The position numbers and the translations under genes are program-made. From contig OY771913.1 in NCBI GenBank assembly GCA_963674975.1, forward strand, positions 2,315,484-2,379,483: 64,000 nt of DNA, written 5' to 3'. This DNA comes from Anaerolineaceae bacterium (GTDB lineage: Bacteria > Chloroflexota > Anaerolineae > Anaerolineales > Anaerolineaceae). How positions within the stretch are numbered: position 1 is the stretch's first letter; every line of letters starts with the position of its first letter. Shown here piece by piece: positions 32,668 to 43,159 of this stretch. The notes below the pieces were generated by a model. The model was not told the DNA's origin. It made no database searches and was given only the letters and a program-made list of their open reading frames with translations.

Positions 32668-33225
32668 TTAACGGAAAAATACCCAGGGCAAAATAGAGTA
32701 AAAGAAAGGCTGCAGCCAGAGCATCACCAAACCGAGCAGGATACCCAGTATCCAACCGGCAACAACATCGCTGAGGTAATGGACGCCAAGGATCACCCGT
32801 GCAAAACTGACCAGGAAGACCCAGATGGTAAGGATGATGGCAAGTGGTGTAAGGTGCAGCCCCCATACGATCACAGCCAGCATGGCGGCGCGGGTGGCAT
32901 GCCCTGAAGGAAAGGAGTGCGGGTCACTGTTGCGGTAAATGGCTCCCCATTCTCCAGCCGGTCGACTACGCTTGATAAGGAATTTAATTGCCAGAACCAG
33001 AGCTGCCTGGATCAAGATAGATCCTGCCAGAAAGGCGGAATACGTGTGCCAGCTGGAGTAAGAAAATAGCCAGATCAGGAATAAAACCAGCAGCCAGTAC
33101 CAGGAATCTCCGGAATGCGCAAAGAGGGATGCAAAAAAATGGATCGTTTTATTTTCATCGAGCGTTCGCAGCCGTTTCGATTCCGATACATCTTTACCAA
33201 GAATAATTTTAATAAATTTCTTCAT
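32668..33225 (-). CDS. PAP2-family phosphatase (membrane)
   Basis: KRSRP, SFPSGHA and VHYLSDVVAG are the three PAP2 motifs. I prefer the start at MKKFIKII (33225); the track ORF extends to 33267. Confidence 0.75.
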   Translation of the reverse strand: MKKFIKIILGKDVSESKRLRTLDENKTIHFFASLFAHSGDSWYWLLVLFLIWLFSYSSWHTYSAFLAGSILIQAALVLAIKFLIKRSRPAGEWGAIYRNSDPHSFPSGHATRAAMLAVIVWGLHLTPLAIILTIWVFLVSFARVILGVHYLSDVVAGWILGILLGLVMLWLQPFFYSILPWVFFR

Positions 33226-33335
33226 GCAGCAACAAGTCCCTTCAATAAACTGCGCCCATTGTAGCATGATTCAACCAGGAGAAAAGATTGAAATAATCGT
33301 TTACAATAAAAAATCCAAAGGAAAGAGGAGCAGTC

Positions 33336-34124
33336 ATGATCAAACTATTTCAAGTAGATGCTTTCACAAGGCAGAAATTTCATGGAAACCCTGCTGCCGT
33401 TTGTTTGCTGGAAGAGGAAAAACCAGATGCATGGATGAAGGCACTGGCGCTGGAAATGAATTTATCTGAAACCGCCTTCCTTTTGAAGAAGGAAGGACGC
33501 TATGGATTGCGCTGGTTCACTCCCGCTGCTGAAGTAAAGCTGTGCGGGCATGCTACGCTGGCAAGTGCCTGGGTATTATTCAGCGAAGGTCTCTTCCCGA
33601 TCGATCAGGAGATCCGGTTTTCCACGCTTAGCGGAATTTTGACCGCGCGTCTGGAAAAAGATGCGGTGGTGCTGAACTTCCCCGCTTTCTATGAAAAGCA
33701 GGAGATCAAGAAACCGGCTTTGCTGACTGCATTAGGGCTGGAAAATGGAAGGATCTGGCAGGTAGGGGATTACCTGCTTGTTGAAGTTGCAGGCGGGGAA
33801 ATCGTACGGAATCTTCAGCCTGATTTTCTCAAGATGCTGGAACTGGGTAATGGCGAACTGGCAGTGACCAGCCTCTCTGATGACCCGGATTACGATGTGA
33901 TCTTACGCTTCTTCGCTCCCATTTTAGGAATTGATGAAGATCCGGTTACCGGCTCGGTACACTGCGCCATCGCACCTTTCTGGATGGAAAGACTTCATAA
34001 GAATTCGCTGCGTGCTTACCAGGCGTCTGCGCGCGGCGGCAGTCTTGTGGTGGACGTACAGGCAGACCGTGTGGAATTACATGGTAATGCGGTGACCGTT
34101 TTCCGTGCTGAACTGGATGAATAA
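33336..34124 (+). CDS. PhzF-family isomerase
   Basis: 262 aa with FQVDAFTRQKFHGNPAAV, SETAF, CGHATLA and DPVTGS. Confidence 0.85.
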   Translation: MIKLFQVDAFTRQKFHGNPAAVCLLEEEKPDAWMKALALEMNLSETAFLLKKEGRYGLRWFTPAAEVKLCGHATLASAWVLFSEGLFPIDQEIRFSTLSGILTARLEKDAVVLNFPAFYEKQEIKKPALLTALGLENGRIWQVGDYLLVEVAGGEIVRNLQPDFLKMLELGNGELAVTSLSDDPDYDVILRFFAPILGIDEDPVTGSVHCAIAPFWMERLHKNSLRAYQASARGGSLVVDVQADRVELHGNAVTVFRAELDE

Positions 34125-34133
34125 CAGATAGCT

Positions 34134-34829
34134 CTACTTCAGTCGATGCCAGACCCCGGTCCATTCGGGGACGATCTGCCAGCTTTTTTGCTCGATATCG
34201 TGGGCGAGTTCTTCGCCAAAGAAGAAAGTGGTTTTTTCTTTGGCATCGCTTATGGAATTGAATTTATAATCAGTGCGGATGATCTCCCGCTGGAAGCCCC
34301 ATTTAGATTCAATGTGCTCGTAATAAGCTTTCAGTGTGGAATTGGGGGGAGCCGGGGTTTCTCGACCGGTGCTGAATGTTTCCATAATAAAGAGTGTTCC
34401 GGAGGGTTTGGTTACCCGCAGCATTTCCTGAACAAAACGATCGATCTCTTCCTGCCAGCTGTCGGGATACCAACCGCAAAAATGCCCTGCAGCCCAACCG
34501 GCAGTGGTCACATCTGCCCAGGCATCACAAACAGGAAGTATGCGAATATCTCCCTGGGCAAGGTTCCAGGTTCCCTGACTTCTCTGCATTTGAACTTTTT
34601 GTTCCAGCAGCATGGGGAGGTTGATATCTACCGCTACCAGATCGGGTTTGAATTCTTGAAAGAGGAGGGGAAGTCTGCCCGATCCGCTGCCCAGATCGAG
34701 AATACGCTGATCGGCAAGCACGGTGAACTGCAGGATCGTTTTCAAAAGATTGTTTTCATAGTCTTCTGCATCGATCATTTGATGGTAGGCTTGTGCTTGA
34801 TTTTGATAGATTTCGTGAAAATGATCCAT
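34134..34829 (-). CDS. Class I SAM-dependent methyltransferase
   Basis: 231 aa with motif I ILDLGSGSGRL. The equally long antisense ORF at 34146..34847 has no recognisable motif. Confidence 0.8.
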   Translation of the reverse strand: MDHFHEIYQNQAQAYHQMIDAEDYENNLLKTILQFTVLADQRILDLGSGSGRLPLLFQEFKPDLVAVDINLPMLLEQKVQMQRSQGTWNLAQGDIRILPVCDAWADVTTAGWAAGHFCGWYPDSWQEEIDRFVQEMLRVTKPSGTLFIMETFSTGRETPAPPNSTLKAYYEHIESKWGFQREIIRTDYKFNSISDAKEKTTFFFGEELAHDIEQKSWQIVPEWTGVWHRLK

Positions 34830-34840
34830 TTTGTTTTCCT

Positions 34841-35731
34841 TTATTGATTATTCGATAATTTTGAATGTGCCAGCATTTCAAGGATGCCGATCACAGCAGA
34901 GTTATCCATGTCCTGCATCCCATTTTGAAGCATAGCCTGGTACAGTTGTGCGGATACGGCGGTCATTGGCAGTGGAACGCCAAATTCATGAGCTGATTCC
35001 ATAACGATATTCAAATCTTTTGCCTGCAGGCTTGCTTTAAACCCGGGATTTCGGTTTCCGGCAAAGAGCCGCTGCGGTTTGTTGTCCAGGGTCCAGCACT
35101 GCGCGGCGCCGTTTTGAATAGCCCGTATCACTTTCTGCGGATCTACTCCGGCTTGTTGCGCGAAGACCAGCAGTTCTCCCATAGCTACCATTTGCGCTGC
35201 CACCATGATCTGGTTCGCCGCTTTCGCAACCTGACCGGCGCCGTTATCGCCGACGTGGGTGATCGTTTTTCCAATAGCGTTGAGAATTGGAAGAACCTTA
35301 TCCAGGGCAGCTTTGGGTCCGCCGACCATGATCGCAAGGGTGCCGTTGATGGCACCGATATTCCCGCCGCTTACCGGGGCATCCAGACTCAAAACACCTT
35401 TTTCTTTCAACCGGTCGGCAATTGTGCGCGCCACCATGGGCTTGATGGTCGAATTATCCACATAGATCAACCCTTCATGCGCGCCAGCCAGAATGCCGGT
35501 TTCTCCCAGCACTACCTTTTCAACATCCGGAGAATCGGGTAAGTTGGTGAAAACCACGTCTACCTGCTCTGCGACTTCCTGCGGAGAAGCGGCGCTTAAT
35601 GCCCCCTCCTTTACAAGTTCCTCGACAGATGCCTGGCTGCGGTTATGAACTACCAGAGGAAAACCATGTTTAAGGATGTTCCTTGCCATGGGCTTTCCCA
35701 TAATTCCTAATCCGATATACCCAACTTTCAT
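34841..35731 (-). CDS. NAD(P)-dependent 3-hydroxyisobutyrate / 2-hydroxy-3-oxopropionate (tartronate semialdehyde) reductase family
   Basis: 296 aa with MKVGYIGLGIMGKPMARN, DAPVSGG and the HIBADH signature. Confidence 0.85.
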   Translation of the reverse strand: MKVGYIGLGIMGKPMARNILKHGFPLVVHNRSQASVEELVKEGALSAASPQEVAEQVDVVFTNLPDSPDVEKVVLGETGILAGAHEGLIYVDNSTIKPMVARTIADRLKEKGVLSLDAPVSGGNIGAINGTLAIMVGGPKAALDKVLPILNAIGKTITHVGDNGAGQVAKAANQIMVAAQMVAMGELLVFAQQAGVDPQKVIRAIQNGAAQCWTLDNKPQRLFAGNRNPGFKASLQAKDLNIVMESAHEFGVPLPMTAVSAQLYQAMLQNGMQDMDNSAVIGILEMLAHSKLSNNQ

Positions 35732-35806
35732 ATCATTCTCCTATGAAAAATTCCCATATAATATATGTTCATGGGGTAGAATTCGATAACCATTATAAAT
35801 TGAAAG

Positions 35807-36709
35807 ATGTTTAAAATGCATACACACGAACATACTCATTCCCATTCTGCGAATAATACGCTTGGGAATATTAAACTGGCATTTTTTCTGAATGTAATAT
35901 TTGCGTTTTTAGAATTCATTGGTGGAGTGTATATCAATTCTGTTGCTGTTCTCTCAGATTCACTGCACGATCTGGGAGACAGTATTTCACTGGGGCTTTC
36001 ATGGTACTTTGAGCGCTTATCGCATCGCAATCGAAATGGGAAATACTCCTATGGATTCAGAAGGTTTTCTCTACTCGGCGCGGTGGTTAATGCAGTGATC
36101 CTGATCATTGGTTCTTTTTTTATCATCCGCGAAGCAGTGCTGCGGATAAGCGATCCGGTTCAAGCAAACGCACAGGGTATGGTGATCTTTGCGATCATTG
36201 GCGTTCTGGTAAATGGATTTGCGGCGTTCCGGATGCAGCAGGGAAAGAATATGAACGCTAAAATGTTAACCTGGCATTTACTTGAAGATGTATTGGGATG
36301 GATCGCCGTCTTGATCGTTAGCATTGTGATGATTTATAAGGATATCCCTATACTGGATCCGATTCTTTCGATAGGGTTGTCTGTGTTTGTACTCTACAAT
36401 GTGGTGGCAACTTTACAATCGACGATCGCGCTTTTCTTGCAGGCGGTCCCTGCAGAAGTGGATATTGATGAGATTGAACGCCGCATCAAGCGGTTGGATC
36501 GGGTAGAAGATATCCATCATACTCATGTCTGGTCTCTGGATGGAGAGGAAAATGTCTTAACTACCCATATTGTCCTGGCTGAAGGCTCGAAAAGCCCTGA
36601 AATTCGCGAGATCAAGAACTCAATTCGAGAAATTGCGCGAGAATTTCACTGTGAACATACCACTGTTGAATTCGAGTATCGAAAAGAGGATTGCTCCATG
36701 CCATGCTGA
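35807..36709 (+). CDS. Cation diffusion facilitator (CzcD/ZitB-like) transporter
   Basis: 300 aa. His-rich N-terminus (HTHEHTHSHS), six TM helices with SDSLHDLGD and HLLEDVLGW, and a C-terminal cytoplasmic domain. Confidence 0.85.
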   Translation: MFKMHTHEHTHSHSANNTLGNIKLAFFLNVIFAFLEFIGGVYINSVAVLSDSLHDLGDSISLGLSWYFERLSHRNRNGKYSYGFRRFSLLGAVVNAVILIIGSFFIIREAVLRISDPVQANAQGMVIFAIIGVLVNGFAAFRMQQGKNMNAKMLTWHLLEDVLGWIAVLIVSIVMIYKDIPILDPILSIGLSVFVLYNVVATLQSTIALFLQAVPAEVDIDEIERRIKRLDRVEDIHHTHVWSLDGEENVLTTHIVLAEGSKSPEIREIKNSIREIAREFHCEHTTVEFEYRKEDCSMPC

Positions 36710-36804
36710 GAGTTTTGACTTTTCTCTGCTCACGAACAGAAACCATTTACTTGATTCTACGTATATTCTAGAAAAGCAATGGAATTAAATATACAGGATG
36801 GTGT

Positions 36805-37482
36805 ATGATGGCAAAGAAAGTAATAGATGTAACACCGCTTGAAAAAGAAGAAAAGAAAGCATCACCTGAGAAAGATGAAAAAGTGGTTAATAAAATAGAA
36901 AAAAGCAGCGAGCAGAAAAAAGAGCCCGTGCAGAAACCTGTTGAAAAACAATCCGCATCTCATGGACCGTTGGTGATGGGTGCGGCTTTACTGCTGCTGG
37001 GTGTGGTTCTGCTGGTCGGTGAACTCCTTCATTTTTCCTTTGGCTCGGTCATGTGGACTTTCATCTTTATCATCCCGGGTGCAGTGCTGTTCTTGAGCGC
37101 AATTTCATCTCAGGATTCTCACGCTGAAGGGCTGGCGATCCTTGGGTCGATGATGATGGCGCTTGGTGTGATCTTTTTAGTGCAGATACTTTTTAATATG
37201 TGGGCAAGCTGGGCATATGCCTGGGCTTTGCTGGCTCCCACATCGATTGGGATCGCGCAGGTTGTGTTTGGAAAGCAGCATGACCGCAAAGGTCTTGTGA
37301 AAAATGGAAAACGATTGATCGATGTCGGCTTAACCATGTTCTTTTTCTTCTTTGTATTCTTTGAAATCCTCTTGAATATAAGCAGAAAGAATCTTGTTCC
37401 CGATATACTACCGGCGTTTCCCACAGCATTGATCGTACTGGGTATCTTTGTGATCTTGCGGTCAGTCATTCGCAAAAAGTAA
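36805..37482 (+). CDS. Hypothetical membrane protein with Lys/Glu-rich N-terminal tail
   Basis: 225 aa. A K/E-rich stretch of about 50 aa is followed by about 5 TM helices. No family recognised. Confidence 0.5.
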   Translation: MMAKKVIDVTPLEKEEKKASPEKDEKVVNKIEKSSEQKKEPVQKPVEKQSASHGPLVMGAALLLLGVVLLVGELLHFSFGSVMWTFIFIIPGAVLFLSAISSQDSHAEGLAILGSMMMALGVIFLVQILFNMWASWAYAWALLAPTSIGIAQVVFGKQHDRKGLVKNGKRLIDVGLTMFFFFFVFFEILLNISRKNLVPDILPAFPTALIVLGIFVILRSVIRKK

Positions 37483-37571
37483 AAAAAAGCCAATAAAAAC
37501 TGCTTTGTGTTTATTTCCTTGGAACAAAAGCATATAATTGAAGAATATACATTGTTCATGGGAGATCTGGA

Positions 37572-38072
37572 ATGAATTGGATTTACCTCGTTATTGGTAT
37601 TGCGATGTTGATCTTGGGAAGAAAATTCTTCTGGCTTTTTACCGGGGGAATCGGATTTTATATTGGCTATACACTGGCACCGAAGATTCTGCCCAGTCAA
37701 TCAGAAAATGTGATCCTGATCGTGGCAGTGGTATTGGGCTTATTAGGTGTTTTTCTATCGATTTTAGTTAAAAGTGCCGCGATCAGCATCGCGGGTTTTG
37801 CTGCAGGTGCGTATGTCGTGTACTCTTTACTGCCGATGATCAATTTCGACCTTGGTAACTATTACTGGCTGGTCATCATCATCGGTGGTATTTTAGGCGC
37901 TGTTCTGGCAGGCACCATGTTTGATTGGGCATTGATCATCCTCACAACAGCGTGCGGTGCCATGCTTATTTCCACAACCCTGAATTTGACATTCCCGCTT
38001 TCGGCGGTGGTATTGGTGGTTTTGTTTTTGATCGGCTTGATCGTTCAGGGGAATATGAAAACAAAAGATTGA
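37572..38072 (+). CDS. Hypothetical polytopic membrane protein (DUF4203-like)
   Basis: 166 aa with 5 glycine-rich TM helices. Confidence 0.45.
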   Translation: MNWIYLVIGIAMLILGRKFFWLFTGGIGFYIGYTLAPKILPSQSENVILIVAVVLGLLGVFLSILVKSAAISIAGFAAGAYVVYSLLPMINFDLGNYYWLVIIIGGILGAVLAGTMFDWALIILTTACGAMLISTTLNLTFPLSAVVLVVLFLIGLIVQGNMKTKD

Positions 38073-38119
38073 AAAATTAAATCACCTTGGTAGAATAAAA
38101 AAGAATCAAGGAGGGTAGA

Positions 38120-39049
38120 ATGAAAAGGAAAAGTATTCTTTCATTTTTATGCTTTGCATTGATTTGTCTGGTGATTTTTTCAGCATGTTCATCTAATACT
38201 GGTGCAGTTGAAGAGTCTCAAGAAGAAGAGCAAACAGGGGAAGAATTAGAAAAGGGAGAAGAGTCTGTGGAGATTGCTGCCCCCGATGGCTTAGCAGAAG
38301 ACAAAATCGCTATGGAGATCACTACATCGGATGGAAGAATTCTGGATGCTGCTTTTTATCCAGCTTCCAGGCTCAATGCTCCGGTAGTTGTTTTGCTGCA
38401 TTGGGCGGGAGGTGAAAAAGCAGATTGGGAGCAGATTGCCTACTGGCTGCAAAATCGAGATCTGGCAGGAGCTGCCGAAAGCGCGAACGGCAGCATTCCC
38501 TGGCTGGATCCGAGCTGGTTTCCTGAGATGCCGGCTGATCGCTCCTATAATGTGTTGACCTTTACATTTGAGGGCTGTGGAAGCGGTGGATGTCAATCTT
38601 TTGAGCGAGAGAAGTGGCTGTTAGATGCGCAGGCTGCTTTTGCGACAGCCAGGACATTGGAGGGGGTTGATCCAACTCGCATTGTCGGTGTTGGGGCAAG
38701 CATAGGTTCTGATGGAGCAGCTGATGGATGCCTGTACCTTGATTCAGAATACCCGGGCACCTGCAAGGGCGCTCTTTCGCTTTCTCCCGGAAATTACCTT
38801 ACACTGAATTATGCAGATGTTGTTGAAGAGTTATCAGCAATGGAACCAACGGTGCCAACACAATGCTTTTATGCTGTTGGAGATTCAGAATCAGCCACTG
38901 TATGCCAGGCTATTCAGGATATAGAAAGTTTTACTGCAATAGAATATCAAGGCTCTAATCATGGTATGCGGCTTATCATGCCGGATTTAGACCATGATAC
39001 GTTGACCCTGATCATGGAATTTATCAGTGATACCGTTGGAGCAAATTAG
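38120..39049 (+). CDS. Lipoprotein, alpha/beta-hydrolase-like
   Basis: Signal peptide with lipobox FSAC. VVVLLHWAGG, a GxSxG-like GASIGS, and SNHG near the C-terminus. Confidence 0.5.
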   Translation: MKRKSILSFLCFALICLVIFSACSSNTGAVEESQEEEQTGEELEKGEESVEIAAPDGLAEDKIAMEITTSDGRILDAAFYPASRLNAPVVVLLHWAGGEKADWEQIAYWLQNRDLAGAAESANGSIPWLDPSWFPEMPADRSYNVLTFTFEGCGSGGCQSFEREKWLLDAQAAFATARTLEGVDPTRIVGVGASIGSDGAADGCLYLDSEYPGTCKGALSLSPGNYLTLNYADVVEELSAMEPTVPTQCFYAVGDSESATVCQAIQDIESFTAIEYQGSNHGMRLIMPDLDHDTLTLIMEFISDTVGAN

Positions 39050-39122
39050 GGTTATATAAATATGAAACTTGCATAAAGAAAATTCGTATATTCAATATAC
39101 AAATATAAAGGTGGTGCAGCAA

Positions 39123-39575
39123 ATGGCAAAGCCGAGAATCTTCGGAAAGATTTTGAACCCAATCATTCAATCGATATTAAAATCACCACTCCACCCATTG
39201 ATGAGTGAACATTCTCTGGTGATCAAATATACAGGGAGAGAATCCGGAAAAGAGCATTCTTTCCCGGCATACTATCATCTGGCAGGGAGCTCTCTACAGG
39301 TGCTGATAGAAAAAACTGAAGATTGGTGGCGCAGTCTACGGAATGGTGCCAATGTGAAAGTGATCGTGAAGGGGAATGAACTGCGCGGCTGGGCAGAAGC
39401 TGTCCAGGATCCTCAAAACATGAAAGATGATTTCTATAAGCTGCTGGATTTCATACCGGAATTATCAACGGAACTGAATGTTCGTCGTGATGAGGATGGT
39501 TCTTTTTCAAGTGAGGATGTTAAAAAGAATCTCCAACAACTTGGCTTATTGAAGATCACTTTACAGACGAATTAA
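39123..39575 (+). CDS. DUF385 / PNPOx-like (deazaflavin-dependent nitroreductase family-like) protein
   Basis: LVIKYTGRESGKEHSFPAYY...WWRSLRNGANVKVIVKG resembles the DUF385 core. I chose the ATG at 39123 (AAGGTGG upstream). Confidence 0.45.
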   Translation: MAKPRIFGKILNPIIQSILKSPLHPLMSEHSLVIKYTGRESGKEHSFPAYYHLAGSSLQVLIEKTEDWWRSLRNGANVKVIVKGNELRGWAEAVQDPQNMKDDFYKLLDFIPELSTELNVRRDEDGSFSSEDVKKNLQQLGLLKITLQTN

Positions 39576-39577
39576 GC

Positions 39578-39877
39578 ATGAACATTTTTCATATTACTCC
39601 CTTAAAGGTTTGGCGAGAGGCATTAGAAATGGGTTCTTATGATGCTGAATCGCTTGTGAAGGAAGGTTTTATTCACTGCTGTACAAAAGAGCAAATTGAA
39701 GGCGTACTGCAGGAGTGGTTTCAAGGAATGAGCGATTTGCTTCTGCTGGAGATCGATTCGGATTTACTCTCAGCAGCGGTGAAATATGAAGATTCAAAGG
39801 GAACCGGGGAACTTTTCCCTCATATTTATGGTCCGCTTAACCTGGAAGCGGTGATCAAAGTTACAATTTGTGCATAG
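39578..39877 (+). CDS. DUF952 protein
   Basis: 99 aa with GFIHCCT and FPHIYGPLNLEAV. Confidence 0.7.
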   Translation: MNIFHITPLKVWREALEMGSYDAESLVKEGFIHCCTKEQIEGVLQEWFQGMSDLLLLEIDSDLLSAAVKYEDSKGTGELFPHIYGPLNLEAVIKVTICA

Positions 39878-39888
39878 AGGTGCCCACA

Positions 39889-40404
39889 ATGAAACGAGAA
39901 AAAGTAGAGATCGCAGAATTTAACGAAAATGTATTTTCGATATGGGAAGACCGCTGGTTTTTATTGACCGGCGGTGATTTTTTTAAAGGTGAGTACAATA
40001 CCATGACGGTCGGATGGGGCAGTATCGGAGTGGTCTGGGGCATCCCCTTTGTGCAGGTCTTTGTGCGACCTACTCGCTACACCATGAAGTTCATGGATCA
40101 ATATCCAACTTTCACATTATGTGCGTTCCCGAAAGCCTATCGGGCTAAGTTGAGTTATCTGGGTTCTATATCGGGAAAGGATGTCGATAAGATCGCAGAA
40201 AGTGGGCTTACCCCCACTGCGTCACAGATCGTTGCTGCCCCTTCATTTGAAGAAGCAGACTTGTGCCTTGAATGTGAAAAGATGTACTGGCAGGATCTGG
40301 ACCCGCAGAAATTCCTGGATTCTAAGATCGAGAAAAACTATAGTTTGAAAGATTATCACCGAATCTACTATGGAGCGGTTAAAGCGATCTATCAGGAAAA
40401 ATAA
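39889..40404 (+). CDS. Flavin-reductase-like domain protein
   Basis: NTMTVGWGSIGVVWGIPFVQVFVRPTRYT. I chose the ATG at 39889 (GAGGTG 6 nt upstream); the track start at 39868 overlaps the previous gene. Confidence 0.55.
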   Translation: MKREKVEIAEFNENVFSIWEDRWFLLTGGDFFKGEYNTMTVGWGSIGVVWGIPFVQVFVRPTRYTMKFMDQYPTFTLCAFPKAYRAKLSYLGSISGKDVDKIAESGLTPTASQIVAAPSFEEADLCLECEKMYWQDLDPQKFLDSKIEKNYSLKDYHRIYYGAVKAIYQEK

Positions 40405-40440
40405 AGAAAACAGCCCTGTGAAACTCACAGGGCTGACTTT

Positions 40441-43158
40441 TTATAAGGCGTTGATCTGGTCTTTCAACTTTTCAGCAGTATCTTGAAAAGCAGATAGTTT
40501 TTCGCGCTCTTTTTGAACGACAGCCGGGGGAGCTTTTTTCGCAAAATCTGAATCTAGAAGCTTTTCCAGACGATCGATCTGGCTGGAGATGCCCTGCAGT
40601 TCTTTTTCAAGCTGAGTGCGCTTTTCTATAGATGATTTAGAAGTATCAACATGAAAGATAATTGTTGATCCTGAAGAAGGCAAGGTTATGGATGGATATT
40701 TTTTAGAATTCTCACTTTGAGGAATTTGAGTAGTTTTATGAATATCCGAGATACCACATAATTCATCAATGAGAGGATTAAGAATATTTTTCTTTTTCTC
40801 TTTCATTGCATTTTTCATAACCCAAGTTATTTCAAATGCATTACGAAATGAGATTTTATTATCAAGCCGAAAAGTACGGATTGCTTTCACAACATCAATT
40901 ACTTCAGTTTGAAATTCCATTATTGCAGATTTTTCCCAACTTTCTTCAAGAGTACTCTTAGGCCAGGAGGCTACGATCAAGGCTTTTGCCCAATCGCCTT
41001 CTACGGTAATGCTGGTGCCGCTTTCTTCCACTGCTGTCTTTAGATTTTGCCAGAGCTCTTCGGTAACGAAGGGGGTGAAGGGATGCAGTAAACGCAGGCA
41101 TTTTTCCAATACCCTTACAAGAGTTTGCGCGGTGTAAAAAGCGCGATCTCTGCCTTCTTTAAGCTGCAGCTTGGCTATTTCAATATACCAGTCCGCGAAT
41201 TCACTCCAGAAGAAATCATAGATCTGGCGTCCTGCTTCACCGTATTGGAAATTATCAAACAGGTAATTCACGCTGCGTACAACCGCGCGCATACGGGCGT
41301 GAATGAATTCATCCGCGCTGGTCCACTGCGGTTGTGCGGTAGGTGAAGAAGGCAAATTCTCGAGCGCGCTGATCACGAAGCGACCGGCATTCCAGACCTT
41401 GTTGGCAAAGTTGCGGTTTGCTTCTACCTTTTTAATGCTCAAGTTGGTATCTTTGCCGGGAGTGGAACCGACCAGCAGGGTAAAGCGCATGGCGTCCGTA
41501 CCCAGGGTATCCATGACGGTTAGCGGATCGATAACGTTGCCTTTGGTCTTGCTCATCTTCTGTCCCTTTTCATCACGCACCAGACCATGCAGGTAGACGA
41601 TCTCAAAGGGTGGTTTTCCCGTGAATTCGATGCCGTCCATGATCATACGGGCTACCCAGAAGAATAGAATATCGTAGCCGGTTTCAAGGATTGTGGTGGG
41701 ATAGAAATACTTATAATCCGGCGTCTCTTCAGGCCAGCCCAGGGTTGAAAAAGGCCATAAGCCGGAAGAAAACCAGGTATCCAGTACATCTTCATCCTGA
41801 TGAATGTTCGTAGAACCGCAGTGCGCACAGCGGTCGGGATCCTGCCGGGCAACGGTCACTTCATGACAGTCATCGCAATACCATACCGGAATGCGGTGAC
41901 CCCACCACAGCTGGCGGCTGATGCACCAATCCTGGATGTTTTCCATCCAGTTGTAGTAAACCTTGGTGAAATGGTCAGGGATGATACGAATTTGTCCATC
42001 CTGCACAGCTTTTAGTGCCGCTTCAGCCAGTGGCTTGATCTTGACGAACCACTGTGTGCTGATGAGGGGTTCCACGATCTCCCCTCCACGCTGTGAACGC
42101 GGCACGCTCATACGGTAGGGTTCTTCTTTGATGACCAGGTTTGCCGCTTTCATGTCTGCCCATAATTTCTTGCGGCATGCAAAGCGGTCTAAGCCCTCAT
42201 AGGATCCGCCGTTTTCATTGATGGTGGCATTTTTATTCAGAATGTTGATCACTTCCAGATGGTGATTGATACCGATCTCATTATCATGCGGATCATGGGC
42301 AGGCGTGATTTTCAAAGCGCCGGTGCCGAATTCTCGGTCCACGTACTCATCTGCGATAACGGGAATAGCTCGATCCAGAATGGGAACCAGCACCTGCTTG
42401 CCTACATATTTCTTATATCGTTCATCTTCCGGATGGACGGCTACTGCGGTATCGCCCAGAATGGTTTCAGGGCGGGTGGTTGCAACCGGGATAAAATCAC
42501 CGGAGCCATCTGCCAGGCGGTACTTGAAATAATACAAAGTACCGTTTTCATCGGAGTATTCCACCTCAAGATCAGAAACAGCGGTGCGCAGGTTGGGCGA
42601 CCAGTTGATCAGGCGGGGACCCCGATAGATCAATCCCTTTTCATAAAGACTTACAAAGGCTTCTCTCACTGCGATCGAAAGACCTTCATCCAACGTAAAA
42701 CGTTCGCGAGTCCAGTCGCAGGAAGCACCCAGCCGTCGTATCTGCTGTTGAATGTGTCCGCCGTATTCCTCTTTCCACGCCCAGGCTAATTTAACGAATT
42801 CATCCCGTCCAACATCATCGCGTGTTTTTCCTTCTTTTGCCAGCGCTTTTTCAACTTGAAGCTGGGTGGCAATACCGGCATGATCGGAGCCGGGGACCCA
42901 TAGGGTAGGGATGCCCTTCATGCGTGCATGCCGGATCATCAGATCTTCCATGGAGATGAACATAGCATGTCCGAGGTGCAGCTTGCCTGTTACGTTCGGT
43001 GGGGGGATGGAAATGACAAAAGGTTTTTTGGTTGGATCAAAGTCGGGTTTATTGGGGTCATTGGTGGGTTGAAAATACCCGGCATCCTCCCAGAACTTGT
43101 AGATCCTCTTTTCGGTAGCTTTAAAATCATACGCTTTTGCCAGTTCAAATTTTGTCAT
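40441..43158 (-). CDS. valS: Valine--tRNA ligase
   Basis: 905 aa with PPPNVTGKLHLGHA, KMSKTKGN, a CP1 editing domain and a C-terminal coiled coil. Confidence 0.95.
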   Translation of the reverse strand: MTKFELAKAYDFKATEKRIYKFWEDAGYFQPTNDPNKPDFDPTKKPFVISIPPPNVTGKLHLGHAMFISMEDLMIRHARMKGIPTLWVPGSDHAGIATQLQVEKALAKEGKTRDDVGRDEFVKLAWAWKEEYGGHIQQQIRRLGASCDWTRERFTLDEGLSIAVREAFVSLYEKGLIYRGPRLINWSPNLRTAVSDLEVEYSDENGTLYYFKYRLADGSGDFIPVATTRPETILGDTAVAVHPEDERYKKYVGKQVLVPILDRAIPVIADEYVDREFGTGALKITPAHDPHDNEIGINHHLEVINILNKNATINENGGSYEGLDRFACRKKLWADMKAANLVIKEEPYRMSVPRSQRGGEIVEPLISTQWFVKIKPLAEAALKAVQDGQIRIIPDHFTKVYYNWMENIQDWCISRQLWWGHRIPVWYCDDCHEVTVARQDPDRCAHCGSTNIHQDEDVLDTWFSSGLWPFSTLGWPEETPDYKYFYPTTILETGYDILFFWVARMIMDGIEFTGKPPFEIVYLHGLVRDEKGQKMSKTKGNVIDPLTVMDTLGTDAMRFTLLVGSTPGKDTNLSIKKVEANRNFANKVWNAGRFVISALENLPSSPTAQPQWTSADEFIHARMRAVVRSVNYLFDNFQYGEAGRQIYDFFWSEFADWYIEIAKLQLKEGRDRAFYTAQTLVRVLEKCLRLLHPFTPFVTEELWQNLKTAVEESGTSITVEGDWAKALIVASWPKSTLEESWEKSAIMEFQTEVIDVVKAIRTFRLDNKISFRNAFEITWVMKNAMKEKKKNILNPLIDELCGISDIHKTTQIPQSENSKKYPSITLPSSGSTIIFHVDTSKSSIEKRTQLEKELQGISSQIDRLEKLLDSDFAKKAPPAVVQKEREKLSAFQDTAEKLKDQINAL

Positions 43159-43159
43159 A

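Noticed and set aside
34146-34847. 233-aa plus-strand ORF mirroring the methyltransferase gene
   Set aside because: It is a shadow ORF. The minus-strand frame carries the clear SAM-binding motif ILDLGSGSG and later methyltransferase motifs, while the plus-strand product has no recognisable features.
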